Positions 9,764 to 20,259 of a stretch of 64,000 bases of DNA are shown here, piece by piece. Within the stretch, counting starts at the first letter, position 1, and the number at the start of each line of letters is the position of its first letter. The DNA is taken from the NCBI GenBank assembly GCA_963691875.1, contig OY829846.1, forward strand, positions 1,536,001 through 1,600,000. Reading direction: 5' to 3'. The translations under genes were made by a program, and so were the position numbers. Source of the DNA: Aureliella sp. GTDB taxonomy: Bacteria; Planctomycetota; Planctomycetia; Pirellulales; Pirellulaceae. The notes under the pieces were generated by a model. It saw only the letters and a list, made by a program, of their open reading frames with translations. It was not told where the DNA came from and searched no databases.

Positions 9764-10519
9764 ATGACTAAGCCAATTATTGGTATCAACACTGACTACC
9801 GTGCCGCCCAGCACAAACAGCCCGCTTTTGCCTACGTGGCAGCTGGCTACTTTGACGCGATCGCAAACGCTGGAGCCATCCCAGTACTGCTGCCCCCTAT
9901 GATGGATGATGATGCTCTGAGACAAATGCTTGACCACCTCGATGGTTGCCTGCTGATTGGTGGAGCTGACCTGGACCCGAGGAACGATGGATTCATGCTT
10001 CACCCATCGATGAAGTTGATGGAGCCACGACGCGAACACTTTGACCGACGACTGGCTTACGAAGTCGTCGAGCGACGCATGCCAGTTCTGGCAATTGGAT
10101 CTGGCATGCAATTGTTAAACGTAATGTGCGGTGGAAATCTATTCCTGCACATTCCAGAGGATCGCCCAGAAGCATTGCCTCACCGCGACTCTCAAGACCT
10201 CCAGCACCGGCACTCGTTGATCATTGAGTCCGACTCGCTAATCGGTCGCGTTTACGGCGAAGGTGAGATTCGTGTTACATCACGCCACCACATGGCCGTC
10301 GATGAAGTTGCTCAAGGCTTCCGTGTAACTGCGCGATGCCAAGACGGGATCGTCGAAGCGATTGAATCAGAGATGGTAGATTGGTTCGCCATTGCTACTC
10401 AATTCCACCCGGAAAGTAGTGCGGCTAGTGCTTTGGACGTCCGGATCTTCGAAGAATTCATTGAAGCGATTGAAGCACAAAACGGCGCGGAGAACGCAAT
10501 GAGCAAGGTTGCGGCCTAG
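9764..10519 (+). CDS. Peptidase C26 / gamma-glutamyl-GABA hydrolase-like class I glutamine amidotransferase, probably inactive
   Basis: KPIIGI, AGAIPVLLP, LDGCLLIGGADLDP, QLLNVMCGG, HHMAV, DGIVEAIE, QFHPE. The nucleophile elbow reads AIGSG instead of (G/A)ICRG. Confidence 0.9.
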   Translation: MTKPIIGINTDYRAAQHKQPAFAYVAAGYFDAIANAGAIPVLLPPMMDDDALRQMLDHLDGCLLIGGADLDPRNDGFMLHPSMKLMEPRREHFDRRLAYEVVERRMPVLAIGSGMQLLNVMCGGNLFLHIPEDRPEALPHRDSQDLQHRHSLIIESDSLIGRVYGEGEIRVTSRHHMAVDEVAQGFRVTARCQDGIVEAIESEMVDWFAIATQFHPESSAASALDVRIFEEFIEAIEAQNGAENAMSKVAA

Positions 10520-10617
10520 GCTTTTCCGCGGATTCGAATCAAGCGATTTCGTGCATTTGCACGGACGCATTCGTCAGGCATGATGCCCAGACGGTGCACG
10601 AGATCGTTTTGAATGCT

Positions 10618-10649
10618 AAAAGCTCCGAGTGAGGTTCTCGGAGCTTTTT
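10618..10649. terminator. Bidirectional terminator between convergent genes
   Basis: aaaagctccgag-tgaggtt-ctcggagcttttt. Confidence 0.8.
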
Positions 10650-10677
10650 GCGTTGGTGCTTGAGTTGAGTTCTGGTC

Positions 10678-11271
10678 TTAAGGACTTGCCGAAGACGACC
10701 CGCCACCGGTCGGATCAGTTGGCAGTCTTGGCGAAGGAGTGGAGGTCAAAATCGCTCGCGAAATCGCTGTCTGGTAGGCACCCGAAGATCCGTGTGCCTC
10801 GCGATCCGTTAGGTAAATCGGCGGTAAATCACCGGTTGGAATCAATCGCGAAATGGCTACTTGAGTTGCTTCGATGCGATTCGCCGTATCTTCTGCGTCT
10901 TCACCCTTCATCACGAAAACAACTCGGCGATCGGCTGGTGCCTGTGTCGTGATCCATTCTACATGGGCCAGTCCGGACGAGTTGAGGTCGCCGGTGTCAT
11001 GGTCGAACATGGCGGTGCCAAGCGTGTTGTAGAGCTTCCATCCGTTGTTTCGCTGTGTCTCGAAATGAGCCAAGATGGAGGAAGTGTCCATTGCACGAAA
11101 TGGCGCTGGCCAGTGGTGATTTCTGTAGTAGGAGGTCCAGAAGTCCTGAGCCATTTCGCGATCCTCGCAAACGACATTGCAGTCGTTTTTCGGAGTCAGC
11201 GAACAGCCAGTCAAACCGCAGCCCAAGAGGGCGCAGGTGAGAAAGCTGAGAGATATTCGGCTCATGTTCAC
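10678..11271 (-). CDS. Hypothetical lipoprotein
   Basis: Signal peptide with lipobox (LTGC), followed by a globular-looking region. Confidence 0.75.
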   Translation of the reverse strand: MNMSRISLSFLTCALLGCGLTGCSLTPKNDCNVVCEDREMAQDFWTSYYRNHHWPAPFRAMDTSSILAHFETQRNNGWKLYNTLGTAMFDHDTGDLNSSGLAHVEWITTQAPADRRVVFVMKGEDAEDTANRIEATQVAISRLIPTGDLPPIYLTDREAHGSSGAYQTAISRAILTSTPSPRLPTDPTGGGSSSASP

Positions 11272-11731
11272 AGTCCTTTGCGAGAGCGCTGATCAGCGGT
11301 GCGTCAGAAACAATCCAGTTCGAATCAAAAACGCACTACATACTCAGTGTTCGACATCGGCCAGCATACCCCAGGAGTTGTGAAGAACTCCCCGCCCCCG
11401 CAAAGTCCAACCAAACCCCCTAACCCCCCGCTCTACCCGTAGCTGGATTCGCGAGAATTGAGTTTCTTCCAAGTCTCCTTTACGCCCAGGTCAAGCTTGC
11501 TCGCATATTTGCGGGTTCATCGAATTCTGGCGAATTCCACTACAGCTTCGGAATCCAACAATTGACACGGTGATGTAACAGTGCAGCATCCACCTTATTT
11601 TCAATAAACATTTCAGTCTCGATCAGCTTCGAACACTTATCGCTCGAACCTTACAAACGGGTAGCTAAACGCCCGCTGAGTCGAAAAGCGGCCGGGCTGT
11701 TCGGGACAAGCGAAAGATTCGCTGCGGCTTC

Positions 11732-13958
11732 ATGCTCGGGCTGATCGATCGCCGACTGAGATGCAAGGCCGACTTCGTTCTACACGGCGATCTGGATAGC
11801 GAGCAGGTTGCATCCTCACTAGTTGTTGCACACCCGAACTCTACACACGTCCAGTCGGACGCCGATTGCGAGAACACGAATGACGCAGTGTTCGCAGTCC
11901 ATGCATTGGCTCCAAAGTCGGAAACCAAAAGTCCTCTGATTATCGTTTTCCTTCTTGATCGCGGCGGAAGCATGCGGGACTGGGAGATGGACGCAGCGCG
12001 GCGTGGAGTCTGTCGATTGATTCTCTCTCGTCCACAGACCGATTCCAATTCCTCATGTTTAACCAGCGAAACGAATCACTGAGTTCCTCCAGGCTAAGAA
12101 ACTCAAATTGGTTGCGAGAGACCGAAGCCAGCCATTTCAAGGCTGCTCAATGGCTGAGCAACGTTGAGGACCGCGGTGGTACCGAATTGGGATTACCAGC
12201 CCAAGAAGCACTTCAGACCTTTAAGGGAAGAATAGAAAAGACCTTTAGATCGCGTTCAGTCGTTTCGGTCACGGATGGTCAAATCACGGGTAAGATTCCG
12301 CTCTTAGACTTCTTAGCACCCTCGCCGATGTGAAACTTCACCGAATGTTCTGCCTCGGTATAGATCACGCCGTTAATGGGAGCGTGCTTAAACGATTCGC
12401 GACGCTGTCTTCCGGGGCATGCGAGCTGGTCGCATCCGAAAAGCAAGTTGAAAAGCAAGTTGACGAGGCGATGCATCGCTTTGCCGATGAGATTGGGCCA
12501 CCAGCCGTTGTCGGACTGAAAATTGAAGCTGAAGGCGGGATGCAATGGCAAGCCATGGGAACCAAAGATTTCTTCTAGCGATCAGGAAGACCGGAGTTCT
12601 GGAACGGCCTATCCCATTTTGGCGAAAACGCGTCTCCGAGAATTGGAAGACAATTTCGTTCTTAGTGGAAACCGCGTCCGAGGTTTGAGGGATGAGATTG
12701 TAAAGTGTCCTCTACAAGGCAGAGTGCTATCAAGATTTACAGCTTAAATCGCCATAGACGAATCGGCACGTGTCAGAAACGCCGCTAAGGCCTTCGAGTT
12801 TGATTCCTATCGGCGGCCCTCCGATCGCGTACCTCGACGAACGACCAAGAGCTCAAGAACTTCTGCCACGAAAGCTGAATTTGCAAAAAGCATTTGAAAA
12901 TGGGAGAATCAGAAAAACAACTGAAAGATGCAGAGAACTCAGCAAAACAAAGAGACTGCGTACTGCTAGCGGCAATCGACCTGTTTGGCTACGCTTCACG
13001 TGAAGGAACGGCTCGTGCCATCGCTGGGGCATTTGTACCACCCTCCGTCGATCTTGAGCACGTAAGCATCGAAGACGCAATTCTACTGGTCCCGGAATCC
13101 GTGGCTAGGGAAAACGGTATCTAGCATTACTAGGAATCAGGTGGAGAGCTCCCAATCTTGAAGCACGATCCTGCTGACTTGGAGACCGTCGAAAAGCTTC
13201 GATTCGTCCTGAATCGACCTATCAGACAGATGGTTGCATCGCGAATCGCAATTGAGAACGCCGTTAAGCACTACTACGGACAAGTTGAAGGTTAGGCGGC
13301 GGATTCCATACTCCAACAGTTCACAGATTCCGCAATCGAGTTCTATGAGTCGAGCGAGGAGACAATAGGAATAGCCGAGTCCGCCCTTAGGCTTGAACCA
13401 GCGACACGCTTAAGCTCGTCTATCGGCTCGCGAGACGCAGGAGCCTCGGCGAACGCGTGTTACCCAGATGCCTCGGACGGATTGGGAAAAGCACGTTCCC
13501 TCCCTCCACAATCACACCGCCGAATAAGAAAAATGAAACGGGGCGGCGAGCCCAGTGCGTCTCTCCCTGCACCAGCTGTCCGCCAAGTGCCCCTGCTACT
13601 CAGCAAAGCATATCAACTGGGAGCGACCCATATTATCCCGCGAGTGCGGCACGGTGGTATCCAAGTGGTAAGTTTCATTGATTGCAAGAAAACGCTGGGC
13701 AACCTACTACCGAAAAAGCTGCTACGACAGAATCTTGAGAACCTGAAAATCCTGTGTCACATCGATCCTTTGGTACCTTATGAGTACCAAATGGGAACGA
13801 CCAAGATGATTGTCGGTGACCGTGTGCTTCCCCCCAAGATCCATACTGCCTCCGGCCGCGATAATGATGTCGTTATGTTTGAAATGAAAGTGGACAGAAA
13901 ATCAGTTCCTCGTGTTATTGAACTGTGGAAAAAACCATTCTTAGTACCCTCCTGGTGA
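11732..13958 (+). pseudogene. Fragmented VIT/VWA-type protein followed by a T2SSE_N (GspE/PilB N-terminal)-like domain
   Basis: Pieces in changing frames: IVFLLDRGGSM..AARRGVCRLI; GGTEL..VTDGQI; MFCLGIDHAVN..GACELV; LRELED..VLSRFTA*IAID; VDLEHVSIE..LVPESVARENGI*; HDPADLETVEKLRFVLNRPIRQMVA..IENAVKHYYG. Multiple stops and frameshifts. Inclusion of 13482-13958 is uncertain. Confidence 0.75.
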
Positions 13959-14128
13959 GACGTCAGCCCGCGTACGTTTGGCTACTGTCTCGCCATTCCA
14001 TTTACGGACAGAGGCGCATTGCTAACTTTACTCAGCACATTAAACGCCTAGGCACTGCGCTCGGTATGCCATGAGATTCTGCCAGAGGACGAAGCGCCGA
14101 TGACGAATCCCACTGTAAAGTTGCGAGT

Positions 14129-15607
14129 TCAATACTTGCCGTTGGTGCCGTACATCTTGAGCTTGGAATGTCGGGGGCGAATGCGGACGCTGTGGTCAGG
14201 CTGGCCGGTATAGCGATCGAATTCATCAAGAGTGCGACGCGATGGCAGGTAGTCTTCAGTGCGATCAGACCATTTTTCCAAGGCAACTTTCATTTCTGCA
14301 AGCACCGCTGCATAAGCGGGCTCGGCGACAAGATTCTTGAGCTCTCCAGGGTCGCGTTGTAGGTCATAGAGTTCCCAGCGGGGCCGCGGCACACGGAAAC
14401 AGTTGCGTTGGGACAAAGTAAGTTCGTCCTGATCGAGCAACTTCAGCATCGTTTGCCAAGTAGGACTGCGGCCTGCGTCAGCAGGTGGCGTACCTGCCAA
14501 GTCAGGGTAGTCGTTGCGAATCAGTTTGAACTGCCCGTTCATGACGGAACGTGCATGATCCTCGTAGTCATGCCAATGATCTTCGGCAAAGGCAAACTTG
14601 CGAATTACTCTGGAAGATTCAGCTAGTGTTGGAGCAAAACTTTTTCCAACACGAGGCTCATCGTTCGGGACTCTTGCAAGATCCAGCATTGTGGGGGCGA
14701 TGTCGACAACGCTAACCAGCGACTTTGTAGTTTGCCCTGCTTTGATTCTCGCTGGCCAGCGCACCAACCAAGGCGTGCGTATTCCGCCGTCGTACAAAGT
14801 TGTTTTGTCACGTGGGAACGGGCGGCCATTATCAGTGATGAATAGTATCATCGTATTTTCGACTTGGTCGCGTTCCTCGAGAAGCTGTAGCACACGTCCG
14901 ACATACTCGTCCAGTCTTCCGACTTCGTCATAGTACATCCGCAGATCTTCTCGCACCTCTGGTGTATCCGGCAAGTGAGGTGGGACGATCACGTCAGTGG
15001 TTTTATGTGGCGGATTCAATGCGCCATCGTTGTACTCGCGATGCGGATCTAGTGCCGCGAGCCACAAGAAAAATGGCTGGTCGTTTGGACAAGCCTCAAG
15101 AGCCTTCTCCCAGTCTTCGCAGCCACTGGGTTGAGCAGCGATCATCTTCGGCGGCTCGCCATCTTTGCCTGAAGGCAGGACAAAACCTGCTGTCGAGGCT
15201 TCGTAAATTGCATCAAAGTCTTTTCGTACGGCATCGCCTAAATGCCATTTGCCCGCCGCTGCGGTATAGTAACCCGACGCGTGCAAATCGCCAACGAAAG
15301 TCTTGGCTCCGGCTGGCAGAGGCCAGTGAAGCTGCTCTGCACCGGTGTTATGCGGATACTTGCCAGTGATGATGCTGGCACGCGAAGGACTGCAGGAACT
15401 GCAAGTCAGATAAGCATGCTCGAACTTCATGCCCTCCGCTGCCAGGCTATCGATATTCGGCGTTCGGATGCTTGGATGCCCGTACGCGCCGCAATCATCC
15501 CAGTTCATATCGTCTGCAATGATGAGAATGAGATTGGGTCGCTCATCTCCTTTCGCCGGAGCCAAGAAGATTGAACAGACTAAGCAAACTTTGACAGCGA
15601 AACGCAT
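14129..15607 (-). CDS. Sulfatase (heparan N-sulfatase-like)
   Basis: RPNLILIIADDM, CSPSRASIITG, GKWHLG, DPHR, TDNG. Confidence 0.93.
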   Translation of the reverse strand: MRFAVKVCLVCSIFLAPAKGDERPNLILIIADDMNWDDCGAYGHPSIRTPNIDSLAAEGMKFEHAYLTCSSCSPSRASIITGKYPHNTGAEQLHWPLPAGAKTFVGDLHASGYYTAAAGKWHLGDAVRKDFDAIYEASTAGFVLPSGKDGEPPKMIAAQPSGCEDWEKALEACPNDQPFFLWLAALDPHREYNDGALNPPHKTTDVIVPPHLPDTPEVREDLRMYYDEVGRLDEYVGRVLQLLEERDQVENTMILFITDNGRPFPRDKTTLYDGGIRTPWLVRWPARIKAGQTTKSLVSVVDIAPTMLDLARVPNDEPRVGKSFAPTLAESSRVIRKFAFAEDHWHDYEDHARSVMNGQFKLIRNDYPDLAGTPPADAGRSPTWQTMLKLLDQDELTLSQRNCFRVPRPRWELYDLQRDPGELKNLVAEPAYAAVLAEMKVALEKWSDRTEDYLPSRRTLDEFDRYTGQPDHSVRIRPRHSKLKMYGTNGKY

Positions 15608-15657
15608 GATGTCTGTCTCGGTGAGTGAAATGAAACGAATGATCAATTCAAGTTGCT

Positions 15658-16665
15658 TTAGTTGACGCGAACCAACTTCATCAAGCGTCCTGATACATTC
15701 CAATCTTGGACGTACAGGTTGCCTTTCTTGTCCCAATACGAACCATGCGTGCCGCTAAAGACACCTTCAATCCAATCTGCCTGAGGAATCTTAAACGCGC
15801 CACCCTTGCTTCGATCCGGATTGTGGCCAAGTACAGCCATGATCGTGTTTGTCTTATCAAGGATCACGACTCGTCCATGCAGATCAGGGACTGAAACGTA
15901 GTCACCTTGAATCGCAACCGAGGTTGGCATCCCAAGACCAGTGATGACTTCTTCGATGAAGTTTCCTTCTAAATCGTAGTGCAGCAAGCGACCTTTTGGT
16001 TGGTGATTTCGATCGCAGATCAGCAAACGTGCTGGTGTGTATCGCGTATCCAGCGTCATGCCATGAGCCGTATTGAACTGCTTCATGTCGTTGCCTTTTT
16101 CCCCAAAATACATCAAGTACTTGCCATCCGGATCAAACACAAAAATGCGATTACTCGCGTAGCCGTCGGACAAGTAGATGTTTCCGCTCGGTGCTACAGT
16201 GATCGCAGTCGGGCTAAATCTCTTGGGCTTGGCCAGCCCTGAGGCTTCCGGAAAAGGCAATTTCAAAACGACTTCTCCTCCCTGCGCCTTGAACTTGATG
16301 CCTTCACCAGAAGCATTGCGTGCACCGTAGATGTACTCCACATCACCCTCTTCGCGAATCTCCATATCGTGGATGTTAGTGTAGTCAGCGCCCAGATACT
16401 CGCGGATCACCTTGCCATCTGGAGTGAACACCACGACGCCTTTGTTTGCACTGGTGTAGACGTTGCCTTCTTTGTCGATCACGACGGAACCATGCGTTGC
16501 TCCTAGGGCCGAGGAGCCATCGGGCCGCAATCCCCACCCAGGAACGGTATCAAAGGTCATGATCCCGCAACCCATTCGCACGGGCTCCTGAGCATGCGTT
16601 TGCATCGCACTCGCAGAACAAATACTTAGTACTACTAGCGAAATAATCCAAGAACGAGAAATCAT
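15658..16665 (-). CDS. Secreted NHL-repeat beta-propeller protein
   Basis: PTAITVAPSGNIYLSDGY, FNTAHG, THG..DKKGNLYVQDWN; signal peptide. Confidence 0.85.
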   Translation of the reverse strand: MISRSWIISLVVLSICSASAMQTHAQEPVRMGCGIMTFDTVPGWGLRPDGSSALGATHGSVVIDKEGNVYTSANKGVVVFTPDGKVIREYLGADYTNIHDMEIREEGDVEYIYGARNASGEGIKFKAQGGEVVLKLPFPEASGLAKPKRFSPTAITVAPSGNIYLSDGYASNRIFVFDPDGKYLMYFGEKGNDMKQFNTAHGMTLDTRYTPARLLICDRNHQPKGRLLHYDLEGNFIEEVITGLGMPTSVAIQGDYVSVPDLHGRVVILDKTNTIMAVLGHNPDRSKGGAFKIPQADWIEGVFSGTHGSYWDKKGNLYVQDWNVSGRLMKLVRVN

Positions 16666-16890
16666 GAAAAGACCCTTCGTGGAAAAGTAGGGGAGGCGGG
16701 AGGCTTGGACGTAGCGAGGCAATTATACTAGAAGCTAGTTTGCATGAGTACATGCCGCCTGCAGAATGCAGCGGTCAACGCTGCAAGGAACCCCTGAATT
16801 TGCGCCGTTCCTGCTACGAATCGCTGGCCCACCTGTAGCGCGAAAACATCAGAACAACTTCCTGATACAAAGGCGAGTCAAACGGTGCAA

Positions 16891-17832
16891 CTAAATGATA
16901 TGCGCCGCGTACTTCAGACACTGAAAGAACGCATCACGAGCGGCTGAAAGATCTAAATTGAAGCCAACTTCCATGTTGGGACGCCACTGCGGTGGTTGCC
17001 TGCGATCAAAGACCGTTGCTCCACGCGTTAGCTCTCCCGAAATCTCAACATTAGCAGCCATCGTTCGCCACTCAGCCAACATGGGTTCTACCAGCATCAA
17101 AATTGGCATCACTGCCTGGAGAGAAATCGTCTCCTTACCCAGGTGCTGGCGCGTGCTTCGAAACAGATGAGGAATGATTTTCTCCAGCACTCCGCCTACT
17201 TTGGTGTACGAAGGAGGTAGCTTTTCCATTAGCTCCCATCCGAATTGGAGCTCTTCAGTAATCTCAAGTGGAATTAGGCTCTTTGTGGTTGGGCTATGGA
17301 AAACATGTGAGGCTGCCCGCGGGTCAAAATGCATGTTGAACTCAGCCGTGGCCGTTTCGTTTCCAGCTAAGTTGACGCTGCCACCAGCGATAACCACGCG
17401 ATCCACCAACTCCGCCAATCCTGAGTCACGCCCGAAAGCTTTGGAGACGCCAGTCAGCGGTCCGGTGCAAACAAGTGTTACTTCACCTGGATTCGCTCTA
17501 AGCTCTTTCTCGATCAACTTGTCACTGGACAATCCGTGCTGTCGCGAAACGGGAGCCCAATGCGTATTGCCGAGCCCATCGTCACCGTGCAGCAGTGTGC
17601 CATTTCCAACTGCAGCTCCTTCCGGATCAATTGCCGCACCAATCCGCGGAATCTTGGGAGGATCCAACCGCTCAACAAGAGAAACGACGTTGGCCGACGC
17701 TCGTTCGGCATCAACGGTACCGGCACAAGCTGTGATCGCCAACACCTCCAGCCGGGGATCAAAAAGAGCCAGTGCTAGTGCGACCGCGTCATCAATTCCG
17801 GGATCGCAGTCAATTATTATCTTTCTTGCCAT
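16891..17832 (-). CDS. Nucleoside hydrolase (IU-NH family)
   Basis: IIIDCDPGIDDAVAL, HGDDGLG, TGPLT, AEFN. Confidence 0.92.
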   Translation of the reverse strand: MARKIIIDCDPGIDDAVALALALFDPRLEVLAITACAGTVDAERASANVVSLVERLDPPKIPRIGAAIDPEGAAVGNGTLLHGDDGLGNTHWAPVSRQHGLSSDKLIEKELRANPGEVTLVCTGPLTGVSKAFGRDSGLAELVDRVVIAGGSVNLAGNETATAEFNMHFDPRAASHVFHSPTTKSLIPLEITEELQFGWELMEKLPPSYTKVGGVLEKIIPHLFRSTRQHLGKETISLQAVMPILMLVEPMLAEWRTMAANVEISGELTRGATVFDRRQPPQWRPNMEVGFNLDLSAARDAFFQCLKYAAHII

Positions 17833-17986
17833 CGATGCAGCCTATCCAGCTCAGTACACAAGTCGTTCGTTACAATGTCGGCAATGATCGCACAAATGAC
17901 GCCGATCAACGCCGAAACGGTATTTGTCGGTCTCAAACACGAAGCCAATGCAGAAGCTTGTATCCAACTAAGGAATAGATCGAGAA

Positions 17987-19009
17987 ATGAACCAGCCAGA
18001 GTTTACTGGAATCCTCGCCAAGCTCCAATCCGAGCAGGATTTGACGAAGGAGGAGATGCGCAGCACGATTGGCTGGCTGCTGAGTGGCACCGCTGAGCCA
18101 GCTGTCATGAAGCGGTTACTGGAAGGCATGGCCGACAAGGGAGAATCCGTTGATGAACTTGCTGGAGCAGCTCAAGCTCTGCGCGATTCTATGCGACGTG
18201 TTGAATCCTCAAGAACGTCCATCGTAGACACCTGTGGGACGGGCGGCGACGGCTCGAAAACATTCAATATCAGTACAGCAGCCGCAATTGTGGCTGCTGC
18301 TGCAGGAGCTAACGTGGCCAAGCACGGCAATCGAAAGATCACCAGCAGCACCGGCTCCGCAGACGTGCTCGCCGAACTCGGAGTGAATCTAGAGGCTCCA
18401 GCGGAAGTGGCCGAGCAGTGCTTGGAGCAGCTCGGAATATGCTTCTGTTTCGCTCCGCATTTCCACCCTGCAATGCGACACGTGGGCCCGATTAGAAAGG
18501 AGATCCCCCGTCCCACGATCTTCAATCGCCTTGGTCCACTGGCCAATCCTGCATCCGTTCCACACCAGGTACTCGGTGTTGGCGACGAGAGCCTTCAAGA
18601 CAAACTGGCCAGCGCCCTGCAACTACTTGGCACTGAGCGTTCTCTGGTCGTTCGCGGCGCAGACGGTGTGGACGAGCTGAGTATTTCCGCGCCGACACGC
18701 GTCCTTGAAGTGACTCCGGACGCGATTAAAGAGCAGCAATGGACGCCTTACGACTTCGGTCTTCAGATTGCAGATCGCCGCGATTTGTTCGCGGACGATC
18801 CGGCGAGTAGCGCGGTCTGCATTCGTGAAGTGCTAGGAGGCTATAAGGGGCCTAAACGGGATGTGGTCGTCCTCAACGCTGCTGCAGCACTTTGGGTTAC
18901 CGGAGTCGAGGAGAGCAGAATCAGCTGCTCCGAACGATGCCAACAGGCCATCGATTCGGGGCGGGCCAATCAGACAGTGGAAGCTTTGGCAAAGCTTACC
19001 AGCGAGTAA
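17987..19009 (+). CDS. trpD: Anthranilate phosphoribosyltransferase
   Basis: DTCGTGGDG, FNIST, KHGNR, GSADVL, FNRLGPLANP, DGVDE. Confidence 0.97.
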   Translation: MNQPEFTGILAKLQSEQDLTKEEMRSTIGWLLSGTAEPAVMKRLLEGMADKGESVDELAGAAQALRDSMRRVESSRTSIVDTCGTGGDGSKTFNISTAAAIVAAAAGANVAKHGNRKITSSTGSADVLAELGVNLEAPAEVAEQCLEQLGICFCFAPHFHPAMRHVGPIRKEIPRPTIFNRLGPLANPASVPHQVLGVGDESLQDKLASALQLLGTERSLVVRGADGVDELSISAPTRVLEVTPDAIKEQQWTPYDFGLQIADRRDLFADDPASSAVCIREVLGGYKGPKRDVVVLNAAAALWVTGVEESRISCSERCQQAIDSGRANQTVEALAKLTSE

Positions 19010-19084
19010 AGCAGCTTGAAGGAAGCAGCTCTGAGCTGCGCAGATGGCTCAAGCTAAGTGCGGTGGAGTGATGGTCTACTGGTC

Positions 19085-19396
19085 CTATTCTGCCGACTCG
19101 ATGACTTGCAAGCTGACCGAGCGAACCAAGTCTCTGACTTTGGCGCGATATTCCATCATGTGCGGTGCAACGAGATGCACTTCTAGGGCTTCTAGATCTT
19201 CCCACTTCTCCAGCACGGTAACGACGTCCGGCCGGAGATCAATCTGCGCCTCGATGCTTGTTTCCACGTCCACCATCGGGCCGTATTCCAAACAGCCCTC
19301 CTCGTCTTCCACCAGCGGCACGAGTGCCTGGAAGTGTTCCAAGAACTCGGCGCGCTTTCCTTCAACCACGTCTACCGTGGCGATCACAACAATCAT
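19085..19396 (-). CDS. Putative quinol monooxygenase (ABM domain)
   Basis: EEGCLEYGP..VLEKWEDLEALEVHLVAPHM; start overlaps the upstream stop by 1 nt. Confidence 0.88.
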   Translation of the reverse strand: MIVVIATVDVVEGKRAEFLEHFQALVPLVEDEEGCLEYGPMVDVETSIEAQIDLRPDVVTVLEKWEDLEALEVHLVAPHMMEYRAKVRDLVRSVSLQVIESAE

Positions 19397-20124
19397 TAGT
19401 CCTTCAATTCCTTAATACGGATGTCCTTGAATTCCGCCCACATTGCCTTACCAGCATGTAGTTGCAAAGCCAGAACGCCTTCGGATAGCGATTTGGCAGA
19501 ATCGTCCTTGAAATCTAGTACAAGTCGCCCGTTGGTGTAGTGCTGGATATGATTGCCCTTGGCGATGATAACGACATCATTCCAGTCGTCCAGCTTGAAG
19601 AGCTCTTTGTATTCCTTGGCCGTGACCAACGGTTTCGTGTCAACGACCTTCTTCTCATCCTCTCCCCAGACGGCTTTTTCGCCGACAAGGCACATTCGTC
19701 CGCGACCGATTCCCTCTCCATAAATGAATCCCGAAACGCTAGGGAGAATATTCTCGTTTCGGATCTCATGCTGGTAGCCACGTACAACCCATTTGTTGGA
19801 AGCTTTGTCGATATGCTTTGACCGATATTGAATTCCAGAGTTATTCTCGTTCGTGCATCGAAAAGACAGGCGAAGCTCAAAATCCTTCGTCTTGCCATCT
19901 TTCCAAATTAAGAACGTATTGCCTTTTGCTTTTTTCTCCGCAGTGGTTTCGCCGTGAATAACACCATCAGCCACTGACCAAAGTCGCGGATCACCATCCC
20001 AGCCATCCAGATTCTTACCATTGAAAATACTTCTCATACCAGTTTCAGCTGGCAACTGAGCAAACGCTGGCAAGGCAGTGAGGAAAGCCAGGGAAAAAGC
20101 AACGAGACGAGGTACTGTCTTCAT
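19396..20124 (-). CDS. DUF1080 / 3-keto-disaccharide hydrolase family protein
   Basis: FNGKNLDGW, NSGIQYRS, GYQ, WN, LALQLH, FKDIRIKEL. Confidence 0.9.
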   Translation of the reverse strand: MKTVPRLVAFSLAFLTALPAFAQLPAETGMRSIFNGKNLDGWDGDPRLWSVADGVIHGETTAEKKAKGNTFLIWKDGKTKDFELRLSFRCTNENNSGIQYRSKHIDKASNKWVVRGYQHEIRNENILPSVSGFIYGEGIGRGRMCLVGEKAVWGEDEKKVVDTKPLVTAKEYKELFKLDDWNDVVIIAKGNHIQHYTNGRLVLDFKDDSAKSLSEGVLALQLHAGKAMWAEFKDIRIKELKD

Positions 20125-20259
20125 ATCAATGACTCCTGTGGCAGGAAAGGATGGGAGTGGTGAGTGGATTCATCGGGTTGCCCATTCTACTTAATGAAAC
20201 CAACGGCTGAGAAAAGGTCCAGCAAAGCCAGTGAATTTTCTAATCAGAGCGACCAGAAT

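Noticed and set aside
9545..10111. 188-aa minus-strand ORF
   Set aside because: Mostly antisense to the GATase-like gene and has no motifs.
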